The translations under genes were made by a program, and so were the position numbers. Shown here in pieces: positions 28,101-36,050 of a DNA stretch of 64,000 bases. Within the stretch, counting starts at the first letter, position 1. Each line of letters begins with the position of its first letter. Under the pieces are notes generated by a model. The model was not told the origin of the DNA. It ran no database searches and was given only the letters and a program-made list of their open reading frames with translations. The DNA comes from Clostridia bacterium. Its GTDB lineage: Bacteria; Bacillota; Clostridia; Oscillospirales; Acutalibacteraceae. Location: NCBI GenBank assembly GCA_017465505.1, contig JAFTWB010000002.1, positions 263 through 64,262 of the forward strand. Reading direction: 5' to 3'.

Positions 28101-30071
28101 CTTGTTATCAAGAACATTTGTAAGGATTGGTTTTGTGGCGTTATACTTGGTTACAGTTATAACACCATTCTCGTTCTTGTCATATTCAAGAACATAACCC
28201 GGAGTGTCGAAAGTACCTTCTTCACCATCCCAGTTGATATAGGAAGAAGAATCAAAAACGTCAGAATAGTTACCTACGCTGTTCTTAGGTTTACTCATAA
28301 GGTCGAAAACGACATTATGATGATCATCGTCCTCATCATAAGGTACACCTGTGTCAGGGTCACGATGGTCTATAACAAAGTTTACATAAACATTTTTGCC
28401 CTTTTCCCACTGAGCTTCAAGAACATAAGCCTGTGAAATATTATCACTAAGAGTTGCCTCAGCCTGGAATGTAGTGCCGGTACCTCTAATCTGCCAGCCG
28501 GTGAACACATGGCCGTCTTTTGTGGGAGCTTTTCTTGTAGTAACCTTGGAATCTGTTATGTAGTATTCTGTACCAAGGTCAGTTTCGTCGTCAAAATACT
28601 GAACAGAGTTATAGAAGAGGTATCTTGTGCGGTCAGCGTTGTGCATAGTAAGAAGCTGGTCATCAATCTTGGAATCTTCATTGGCTTCATAATAAAGCTT
28701 ATATGAGCCTGTGTCGAGAATTGATGAATAAACGCCTGTTTCGGTATTAACAAGAGGGATAAAATCTCCTGTGCCATCAATATTTTTGGCGTAAAGAGGT
28801 GTACCCTCGGGATAAGAGGTTACATCTTCGATATTTACGAGGGTACCGTCAGCAGTATGCTCCGCTGAGTTATAAGTACCATTTAAATAAACCTTAACCG
28901 TGCCGTTATATACAGGCTTGGTGGTATCGTAAACATAGGCGTAAGCAGTTCTTGCGTTGCCGTTTTCGTCTGTATAGTTTCCTCTTACTTCTACTTCATA
29001 GTCGGTGTTGGGGTTAAGACCTGTGAAAAGAACAATTTCGTTGCCATTTTCGTCTGTCTTCCTCTCTCCCTTCTGACCGCCGATGAAGTAGGTACATCTG
29101 TCGTCAAGATTGCCTGTAAGAGTAAGAGTGTATGCGGTAGTACTTGTTGTAGGTTTTTTGAAAATATAAACCGTTGTGGTAGCAGTAGCAGTGGTGTTCT
29201 CGTGAAATTTACAGGTGTTTTTTCTGATTGTAAGAGTAACCTTTGCATCCCCTTCAGGCCCTGTGCTGCCTTCCTGCTGAAGAGTTTTGGCGGTAATATA
29301 ATAGTCGCCATCCTTGGTAAGCACTATATTATCGTCTCCCGAAACAACCTCGCCATTCTGAACTGTGCTCTCTACACAGGTGATATGAAGAATTGCACTT
29401 TCACCCAGAAGGTCCTTTACGTTTCTTGTGTCACCCTCGAACATACCGATGGTAACATCATCCATATCGGTTGAAAGGCTGGAAGCAACAATACCTGTGT
29501 TCTGATAGTACCATCTCCAGCCGCTTCTGACAAGCTCTCGCTTACCTGTATGGGTATCTCTTGCAAGCAAGGTTTCGCCGTCATAAACTTCAACTGTAAT
29601 AGTACCTACAAAAGCTTTGTCGCTGTCGATACTGCCGCCTGTACCTGATGTAAAAGAGCCGTATACTGCTGCCCAGCAAAAGCCTTTTTCTTTATAAGAG
29701 GTGTTGTAGGTACGCCCTGCCATATTATTGCTTGCAGGGATGTTGCTGTTATAAATCTCAATCTCGCCATCGGTGTTGTTGATGTAGTACATATTATGAG
29801 AATTATACACATAAAGGTATGTACCCAACCCGTTTGTCCATTTGTAGGTCAGGTTCTGTACATTGTCGCTGTACCCTGTCACCCTTGCTTCAAGGAGCTC
29901 ACTGGCACGAAGGTCTTCTTGTGCGCCACGCATAAAGCTGACGATTTCAACATCAACACCTGAATTGTTGACCTCTTCTGCTCCAACAGAAAATGGAATT
30001 GAAGTCAACAAACACATCAGTGCAAGCAGAAAAGCCAGAACTTTTTTGCTTAAATTGATTTTCATTTTCAT
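25185..30071 (-). CDS. Large secreted InlB B-repeat (Flg_new-like) protein, 1628 aa
   Basis: Signal peptide (start 30071 or 30065); repeats PTKDGHVFTGW, PTKDGGYVFDGWY...ITLYASW, PQREGYEFLGWY...ITLYARW; C-terminal GVQIR...GLRF...ITARAY domain. Confidence 0.8.
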   Translation of the reverse strand: MKMKINLSKKVLAFLLALMCLLTSIPFSVGAEEVNNSGVDVEIVSFMRGAQEDLRASELLEARVTGYSDNVQNLTYKWTNGLGTYLYVYNSHNMYYINNTDGEIEIYNSNIPASNNMAGRTYNTSYKEKGFCWAAVYGSFTSGTGGSIDSDKAFVGTITVEVYDGETLLARDTHTGKRELVRSGWRWYYQNTGIVASSLSTDMDDVTIGMFEGDTRNVKDLLGESAILHITCVESTVQNGEVVSGDDNIVLTKDGDYYITAKTLQQEGSTGPEGDAKVTLTIRKNTCKFHENTTATATTTVYIFKKPTTSTTAYTLTLTGNLDDRCTYFIGGQKGERKTDENGNEIVLFTGLNPNTDYEVEVRGNYTDENGNARTAYAYVYDTTKPVYNGTVKVYLNGTYNSAEHTADGTLVNIEDVTSYPEGTPLYAKNIDGTGDFIPLVNTETGVYSSILDTGSYKLYYEANEDSKIDDQLLTMHNADRTRYLFYNSVQYFDDETDLGTEYYITDSKVTTRKAPTKDGHVFTGWQIRGTGTTFQAEATLSDNISQAYVLEAQWEKGKNVYVNFVIDHRDPDTGVPYDEDDDHHNVVFDLMSKPKNSVGNYSDVFDSSSYINWDGEEGTFDTPGYVLEYDKNENGVITVTKYNATKPILTNVLDNKDYSVEVIKSGYELISVDVDDDKDDKIIIDVKLQYEPKNGDLKFKVKLDEDAKKLIKEHPEYKPVAVDVKVLSWYTSQRNEVEAYTWEHITQHHDTFVTLYLNDDLTEATGSYPVWMRSNSGNPFYYRIKVVSYVLANGRVLETYDVENQKNVQYLSLGERYLAEISAAGGVCPDIEKTNLLGAYFDESGVQQGELVAEISIKTHNVTFAFEDDGATLNGETENFTLTKQIKVPDLTQYVPTKDGGYVFDGWYLENGTKVVSGAELESDITLYASWKAPLTVEGVVSVAGYYYLDEENPDDPTIIYEAARTHAVTVNLQKILPNSYTETIRTLKVDVTYNDSAEKPMGTANYCFTEVPDDGHQYRILIQNPNYIVAYQNEPDSLLPEKIKDYREGYNDPNAFTAVFGENEPLVADVNAFMRFSPENFNLHYQVLATSINEGYRPVSTEILIHGNDGKSGVTPQNWPVITQMNDGNTYTGDNVDVGADGKSEVKTYPVWMYMPDGHTLYDYGVSLDGYKYQNGNETITKAFDPVKAPFYVYYNGAARYSAKADANPEHQTQLLTVTLAPKRYEVIFNMGFTESEKDYITDFKFTVTPKVLKTTDENNQHVVVVNENAVHETSHIWSYETDVNYEPQREGYEFLGWYDGEGEDAEKVTTISADTHENITLYARWKELFTVTFYTNLKGIDETSFRVYYQNDENTPDDVLTLTKEGKVKSFYDIPQLEYELNNKFIFKGWYLADGTPISWDDVYTNHTNIYAHWIDVNEVDKDKDDKKELYGGLDKYPEFDLAGVQIRDVVKDTGNHYGEESTGLRFVSILSENVYEQLNEITDKNKTVTNPNKAEYGYALAKTETVKEFANGNAEYKIQYNGENVNGTDTRNDYKYVQSIRCSGYSDHRNFEGYRFYTAVITYDGLEGAELEAAHNTAITARAYLRYTDANNLLRTYYNNYTGTQSFGGCSASFAKVAESFAID

Positions 30072-30230
30072 TCCTCCAAAATTTTACAATAAATACCAAT
30101 AAATTTCATACATTTCCTTATAAAGAATATTATACCACTTACAGTTTTTATTGCAATAAATCCTATTGAGGCAAAATGTAAAATTTTGTATGTATTTTTT
30201 ACCTGTTTTGCACAAAAGCGACATTTACAT

Positions 30231-30272
30231 CAAAAAAATCCCCTTAAAGCTCTGATTTGCTCCAAGGGGATT
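30231..30272 (-). terminator. Terminator after the AcnX operon
   Basis: AATCCCCTT...AAGGGGATT inverted repeat with an A7 run (U-tract on the minus strand). Confidence 0.7.
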
Positions 30273-30280
30273 GATTCTAT

Positions 30281-30724
30281 TTATTGAACCTCTACAACGC
30301 CGTCAGGTTTTACGGTGATTTTCATTCCGTCTTTTACATAATTTAAAAACTCATCGCCAAGAGAATCCACAACAGGCATACTCACACCCTCAACCCACAC
30401 ATCCGCAAGGACTGCACCGGCGGCGGCAAGAGAATCAATATGGCCTGAAAAAAGCATACAGGCAGGATTCTTCTCCATAGCACAGGCACAGTAAAGCACA
30501 AGACCACCTGTGGTAGAGCCGATTGTCTGAGGCAGGCAGAGAGCCTTGCCTATAAGAGGCTTGCCGTGAAGCTCTTTGTTGTTCTGATCTCCGCATTTTA
30601 CCTCTTTGTCGCCAAACTGCAACGCCATCTGAAAAGAGGCAAGGGTATTGAAGCCCTCGTGAGTTACAACTGCCTCGGCAGTAACCTCGCCGGGGGTAAC
30701 AACTCTTCCTTTGAAAACTTTCAT
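30281..30724 (-). CDS. Aconitase X small (swiveling) subunit, DUF126
   Basis: FKGRVVTPG.V.AEAVV start, GK.LCLP.TIGSTTGG motif, DG..ITV ending; overlaps the stop of the large subunit. Confidence 0.85.
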   Translation of the reverse strand: MKVFKGRVVTPGEVTAEAVVTHEGFNTLASFQMALQFGDKEVKCGDQNNKELHGKPLIGKALCLPQTIGSTTGGLVLYCACAMEKNPACMLFSGHIDSLAAAGAVLADVWVEGVSMPVVDSLGDEFLNYVKDGMKITVKPDGVVEVQ

Positions 30725-31998
30725 TACTTTTTACCTCCTGTAATAATGGAGAGGATTTCTCCGTCGGTATAATATCTGGCACTGGTGTATGTACGCAGCT
30801 TGTTGGATGATGTAATTACAGGCATTTTCTTGCACAGAGGATTGTTCATATACATAAGCGGACAGATGTAAGAAATTATAACACCTGTTGCTTTCAGCCT
30901 CTTTGCGTAATCTGTTTTTTCAAATTCACGCAAAACCCCGGGTGCGGCAGTAAGCACTGTGGGAATTGTCACCTTTTTGAGATTATTCTTTGAAAGCTCT
31001 GCTTCAATATTCTCTGTCCAGACTTTAAGCTGCTGCAAAGAAAGATGAGGACAACCTACAAAGCAAAGCTTTGGTGAAGCCTCGGGATTTTTCCAGATTA
31101 CAGGATAGTTTTTCTGCACTCTTTCAAGCTCTGCGTCATCAATTATATATTCCTTTGCACCCTCTGCAATAAGCTTTTCTGAGCTTTCAACTGCTTCGGG
31201 AGTAAGATTTTCAATATGATAAAGACCCACCGCACCGTTGGAAGCGGTAGCCGCTCCGAAGTCCTTGAGATAAGCACAGGCCTCGTCGTTAAGCTCAGTG
31301 CCTATCCACTTATCCAGTCCTTTTACAAAGGGCACATCCTCCATAACCTTCATACCAATAGCCGAGCCCAAAAGCTGAGCCTCGGGCTTTTTGGTGGTGT
31401 TGACTTTAACCACCCAGGTAGCTTTTCTGCCTTCGTCTGTTAGCAAGCCGAAATAAGGCACGAAGCCCACAATAGAGCCCATAATATCGATAATACCCGA
31501 GTTACGGTTACATCTTGCACCCAGCACAGAGTTGGCGTATACAACAGCACTGGACTCAGCCCAGGAAAGGACATCTCCCTTTTTGGGCTTGTTGCCTACC
31601 TCATCCATATAGCAGGTACAGGTAAAGGCGTCTTCATTCATAAGCCCCAGTTTATTAAGCTGGTCCTCATAAAAGCTCTGCTTTGTATACATAAATTTAT
31701 TGAAAACAAAATTCTGCAAAAAGTTCGCAGGCACGTTTTTGTCAATGGGACGAGGGTCTACGGAAAACTTCTGCTCAGACATAACTCCTGAATCAAGCAA
31801 CTGCTGCATTAAATCATAAACCGGGGACATTACCTTAAGACCAAAGGAAGTTACAAGGTGATTATACTTTGAGGTAATGGGCACAAGCTTTTCTGCCTCA
31901 AAGGCGTCACCATACATAACAAGTGTTTTCATAACTTTGGCAAGGGTTTCACCCTTTTCGCCGTTTAAGATTGCTTGTTGTTCTTTAGTAAGTATCAT
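30724..31998 (-). CDS. Aconitase X catalytic large subunit, DUF521
   Basis: M.LT.EQ..IL.GE.G start; TCTCY; WAESSAVVYANSVLGARCNR; GCPH.S; CP; S.K...Y. Confidence 0.9.
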   Translation of the reverse strand: MILTKEQQAILNGEKGETLAKVMKTLVMYGDAFEAEKLVPITSKYNHLVTSFGLKVMSPVYDLMQQLLDSGVMSEQKFSVDPRPIDKNVPANFLQNFVFNKFMYTKQSFYEDQLNKLGLMNEDAFTCTCYMDEVGNKPKKGDVLSWAESSAVVYANSVLGARCNRNSGIIDIMGSIVGFVPYFGLLTDEGRKATWVVKVNTTKKPEAQLLGSAIGMKVMEDVPFVKGLDKWIGTELNDEACAYLKDFGAATASNGAVGLYHIENLTPEAVESSEKLIAEGAKEYIIDDAELERVQKNYPVIWKNPEASPKLCFVGCPHLSLQQLKVWTENIEAELSKNNLKKVTIPTVLTAAPGVLREFEKTDYAKRLKATGVIISYICPLMYMNNPLCKKMPVITSSNKLRTYTSARYYTDGEILSIITGGKK

Positions 31999-32017
31999 AA
32001 CAAATCTCCTTTTAAAA

Positions 32018-34087
32018 TCAGAGTTTCATACAGGTGTCCCAAGCACCCCAGATTACAGTACGCAGGTTACCCACCTCAGCGGCGTCACCGATAAGGTGAA
32101 TATGTCTGCTCTTCTTTGCAAGAGGTGCAGGGTTATAACCCACTGAGAGAATTACGGAATCAACAGAAACTTCAGTAGTCTTGCCGTCTTTATCCTTTAT
32201 AACAACACTGCTGTCCTTAATCTCGGAAAGTGAAGTTTCAAGATACACAGGGACTTTATTCGTCTTGAAAAAGTCACGAAGGTAGCTTGTGTTTGCAAGG
32301 CAGACACCCTTTGTGGTAACAAGGTCGTCCTGCATTTCAACAATAATGGGCTTTTTGCCCTTAAGGTAAAGGTCGTAGGCGATTTCACAGCCTGTAAGAC
32401 CGCCGCCGATTACTGCAACGGTTTCGCCTACTTCCTTTGTGCCAAGGAGATAGTCCACTGCCTCAACGGCTTTTTCACTGCCCTTTACAGGGATATTCTT
32501 AGCAACTGCACCTGTGGCAACAATAACCTCATCAGCACCGAGAGCCTTGACATCTTTTACTTCTGTATTGAGCTTAACCTCAACAGGCTGCTTTGAAAGC
32601 TCGCGGATATACCAGGTAATAAGAGCTCTGTCCTTTTCCTTGAAGGAAGGAGCAGCAGCCGCCACAAACACACCGCCTAAAGAGCCGCTCTTCTCATAAA
32701 GAGTAACCTTATGACCACGCTTTGCACAGAGGATTGCCGCTTCCATACCGCCGATACCGCCGCCGATTACTGCAATATTCTTTTGCTTTTTTGCAGGCTT
32801 TACACTGTATTTTTTAGACTGCATTGTTTCGGGATTAAGCGCACAACGGGAAAGACCCATTGTATCTGTAAGGTCCTGAGTATTGGCGTGACCTTTTGAG
32901 GATGAGAAATTAAAGCAGCCGCTATGGCAACAGATACAGGGCTTGATGTCCTCAAGTCTGTTATCAATAAGCTTGGTTACCCACCGGGGGTCAACCAGAA
33001 ACTGTCGGGCAACACCTACGGCGTCGATTCTTCCCTCAGCTACTGCTTTAGCACCCACCTCGGCGTCCATTCTGCCTGCACAAACTACAGGGATGTCCAC
33101 GAACTTTTTAATATGGGCAACGTCATCAAGGTTGCAGTTTTCAGGCATATACATAGGCGGATGTGCCCAGTACCAGGAGTCGTAAGTGCCGTTATCAGCG
33201 TTAAGCATATCATAGCCTGCGTCCTGAAGATACCTCGCCGCCTTTTCGGATTCTTCCATATTGCGGCCTACTTCGATGTAGTCCTCACCGGGCATAGCAC
33301 CCTCGCAGAAGCCCTTCATCTTGGACTCAACCGAATAACGCAGAGAAACAGGAAAATCCTTGCCGCACTCTTTCTTAATAGCCTTTACAACCTCTGTTGC
33401 AAAGCGATAGCGGTTTTCAAAGCTTCCGCCGTATTCATCCTGACGCTTGTTGAAAAATTCAATAGCAAACTGGTCCAGAAGGTATCCTTCGTGAACTGCG
33501 TGAACCTCAACACCGTCAACCCCTGCCTCTTTGCAGAGCTTTGCGGTTTTGGCAAATGCCTCGATAATTTCAAGAATCTGCTCTTTAGTCATTTCAGGGC
33601 ACTCTATGTCGTGAGCCCAACGGGAAGGCTGAGCAGAAGGAGAAGCCAGCTCGTGAGATGTATCTATAATAGGCTTAACCAAAGCTCGGGTAAATTTGTT
33701 TTTATGTAAGGGAGCAACCAGCTCGGTAATAGCCCAGGAGCGACCCATTCCTGCGGTAAGCTGAATAAAAAGCTTTGCCCCTGTCTTGTGCAGTTCATCC
33801 ATAAACACCTTGAGCTCTTCAAACATTTTAGGATTCTGCCAAAGCCATTTGCCCCAGAATGTATCTTTCAAAGGAGCAATTCCCGGAATAATAAGGCCTA
33901 CATTATTCTTTGCTCTCTCAAGAAAAAGCTTTGCCGCCTCTTTGTCAAAATGACAACCTGTAAGCTCAAACCAGCCAAAAAGAGATGTGCCGCCCATAGG
34001 ACACATTACTATTCGGTTTTTGATTTCTACATTGCCGATTTTCCAGGGAGTAAACAACGCCTTGTATTTTTCGTCAATTTTGTTCAT
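32018..34087 (-). CDS. Old-yellow-enzyme-type FMN/FAD/[4Fe-4S] NADH oxidoreductase (2-enoate reductase-like)
   Basis: IKNRIVMCPM; GVEVHAVHEGYLLDQF; NKRQDEYGGSFENR.RF; CICCHSGC...C cluster; two GGG..G Rossmann motifs. Confidence 0.9.
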   Translation of the reverse strand: MNKIDEKYKALFTPWKIGNVEIKNRIVMCPMGGTSLFGWFELTGCHFDKEAAKLFLERAKNNVGLIIPGIAPLKDTFWGKWLWQNPKMFEELKVFMDELHKTGAKLFIQLTAGMGRSWAITELVAPLHKNKFTRALVKPIIDTSHELASPSAQPSRWAHDIECPEMTKEQILEIIEAFAKTAKLCKEAGVDGVEVHAVHEGYLLDQFAIEFFNKRQDEYGGSFENRYRFATEVVKAIKKECGKDFPVSLRYSVESKMKGFCEGAMPGEDYIEVGRNMEESEKAARYLQDAGYDMLNADNGTYDSWYWAHPPMYMPENCNLDDVAHIKKFVDIPVVCAGRMDAEVGAKAVAEGRIDAVGVARQFLVDPRWVTKLIDNRLEDIKPCICCHSGCFNFSSSKGHANTQDLTDTMGLSRCALNPETMQSKKYSVKPAKKQKNIAVIGGGIGGMEAAILCAKRGHKVTLYEKSGSLGGVFVAAAAPSFKEKDRALITWYIRELSKQPVEVKLNTEVKDVKALGADEVIVATGAVAKNIPVKGSEKAVEAVDYLLGTKEVGETVAVIGGGLTGCEIAYDLYLKGKKPIIVEMQDDLVTTKGVCLANTSYLRDFFKTNKVPVYLETSLSEIKDSSVVIKDKDGKTTEVSVDSVILSVGYNPAPLAKKSRHIHLIGDAAEVGNLRTVIWGAWDTCMKL

Positions 34088-34150
34088 CTCATATCCGCCC
34101 TCTCAAAAATTTTTATATAATATGTCTGATTATAGTATGCCACAACGAGG

Positions 34151-34179
34151 TTGATGTGTCAACGATTTTGACACATCAA
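34151..34179. promoter_or_regulatory. Perfect 12-bp inverted-repeat operator overlapping the -35 of the reductase-AcnX operon
   Basis: TTGATGTGTCAA-cgatt-TTGACACATCAA; contains TTGACA on the minus strand. Confidence 0.65.
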
Positions 34180-34194
34180 TCTACACAAAAATAT

Positions 34195-34228
34195 AAAAAA
34201 GCAGATGTCCTGCACTTTGGACATCTGC
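34195..34228 (-). terminator. Terminator after the sortase genes
   Basis: A6-GCAGATGTCC...GGACATCTGC. Confidence 0.75.
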
Positions 34229-34249
34229 CTGAGAACGAATAGAAAGTAA

Positions 34250-35035
34250 TCATTTAACTCTTTCGCATATTACAAGATAGCGGTGAGTGTTGCTTCCGTA
34301 AGGATAGCAGGTAATAAGAGTCACCAGGTCGCTTCCTTTTTCAATTAGAATTTCATTGGAGCCGTCAGGCTCAATAATTTTTGTTTCTCTTACTTTATAG
34401 CTGAGAGTTTCCCAAAAATTGCGGATAAAAACCTCGTCACCTTTATTGAGCTTGACGATGTTATCAAACATAACTGCGTTAACCATACCTGTGTGCCCTG
34501 CAATAACGCAGTTTGTGCTTTCGCCGCCAATAGGAAGTGAAGTACGGTTAAGGTGAGCCGCACCCAAATGCATATTATACTCCGTTGCACCAAGATAAAC
34601 AGGGAGCTCCATATCAATGGACGGTGCTGAAATTATACCTGCAACAGAAGTGTTCAGTCCGTACTGAGAAAGCGAAATACTTTCGTCCTCAAAAACAAAA
34701 GGGTCGCCATAAGAGGACTGACCGTTTTTAATCAAGTCAGCATTATATGCACAAAAGTCCTTGTAAAGCCTTGCAGACTGCTCAGGGGTAAACTCAACTG
34801 AAGCCTCAGAATCCTCTGAGGGCTCAGTCACATCGGGTGCAGTAACCTGCTCTTGGGGTAAGGTGTTTTCTTCAATTAAAGGAAAGCTTTCATACTGAAA
34901 GGAAGATTTAAAATCCTCAACCACAGAGTTAATCTCTTTGTCGCTGAAAAGTCTTGTAACTGTGGGATAAAGCAAAACACCCAGCCCCACAACCAGAAGA
35001 CAGGCGGCAATACAAATATAAATCTTACCTTTCAT
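34250..35035 (-). CDS. srtC: Class C (pilus) sortase
   Basis: DPF lid-like motif; HL..TSLPIGG...CVIAGHTG; TLITCYPYGSNTHR. Confidence 0.9.
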   Translation of the reverse strand: MKGKIYICIAACLLVVGLGVLLYPTVTRLFSDKEINSVVEDFKSSFQYESFPLIEENTLPQEQVTAPDVTEPSEDSEASVEFTPEQSARLYKDFCAYNADLIKNGQSSYGDPFVFEDESISLSQYGLNTSVAGIISAPSIDMELPVYLGATEYNMHLGAAHLNRTSLPIGGESTNCVIAGHTGMVNAVMFDNIVKLNKGDEVFIRNFWETLSYKVRETKIIEPDGSNEILIEKGSDLVTLITCYPYGSNTHRYLVICERVK

Positions 35036-35978
35036 TTTTCTTACCCTTTTTTCTGAACATAATTATTACAAGAGCAATAACCGCCAATGCAATAAAGGAA
35101 GGCAGAACAATGTATTTTAAGATAAATTCGTCGGAAAGAGAGGATTTTTCAAGTAAAGGATTTACCGCAGGCAAAGTTTCACTGTCTTCAAAAGGCGCAG
35201 ATGTTTCAGCGCTCGCCTCCTGAGTTGTTGAGGGTACGGTTTCTTTAGGAATATCTGAGTCTTCATCTAAGGAGCCGTCATAAGCAATACGGCTGCCACG
35301 CACCAGAAGCCTGTGAGAGTTTACTCCGTAGGGTGTGCAGGTGAAAAGAGTAACCAAATCCCTGCCCTCAATTATTTGCAGGTCGCTGGCGTCGTTGGGT
35401 AAAACCACCTTTATCTGGTCAACCTCATAGCACAGGGTTTCGTCCAGAGCTTTTATATAGAAAACATCCCCCACCTCAAGCTTTTCCAGGTCGGTGAAAA
35501 TCTTTGCACCGGGAAGCCCGGTGTGACCTGTGAGAACGCTGTGGGTGTTTGTGCCGCCTACCGGCAGAGAGGTGTTTTCAAGATGACCTACGCCAACGCT
35601 TAAGACAGCCTCAGTACTGTAATGATAAATAGGAAGGTTTACGCTGATTTCAGGGATAACAACATAACCCATCTGATTACCGCTCACGTTCAAAAGCTCG
35701 CCGTATTCAACCACATCCTGAGACTGGTCAGAATCCGAATCCGACGAGTCCGAATGGGAAACAACGCCTGCCAGACGGTCGTTGTACTCCTGAGCCTGCT
35801 GCTTAAGGGTATCAATATTCGATTGTTCAAGCTCTTGAACCTGACGGTTATACTCATCTACAACCTTATTTTGCTCTGCCACAAAGATAATGTTTACAAC
35901 AGCAGGGTAAAAAAGCACACATACACCTGCCACAAGCAAAACAACAGTCATAATTTTGAAAAATTTGGATTTGCTCAT
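35025..35978 (-). CDS. srtC: Class C (pilus) sortase with C-terminal TM helix
   Basis: GHLENTSLPVGG...HSVLTGHTG; TLFTCTPYGVNSHRLLVRG. Confidence 0.93.
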   Translation of the reverse strand: MSKSKFFKIMTVVLLVAGVCVLFYPAVVNIIFVAEQNKVVDEYNRQVQELEQSNIDTLKQQAQEYNDRLAGVVSHSDSSDSDSDQSQDVVEYGELLNVSGNQMGYVVIPEISVNLPIYHYSTEAVLSVGVGHLENTSLPVGGTNTHSVLTGHTGLPGAKIFTDLEKLEVGDVFYIKALDETLCYEVDQIKVVLPNDASDLQIIEGRDLVTLFTCTPYGVNSHRLLVRGSRIAYDGSLDEDSDIPKETVPSTTQEASAETSAPFEDSETLPAVNPLLEKSSLSDEFILKYIVLPSFIALAVIALVIIMFRKKGKKNER

Positions 35979-36050
35979 AAAACCACCGAAAATATCAAAT
36001 CAGGAAACAGAGCAAAAGCCCTGTTTCCTGACAGTTTAAAAATCAGTTAA

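Noticed and set aside
32018-34087. Bilirubin reductase BilR or bai-operon reductase
   Set aside because: The active-site motif is HEGY rather than the HGDR of BilR, and no other bai genes are nearby.
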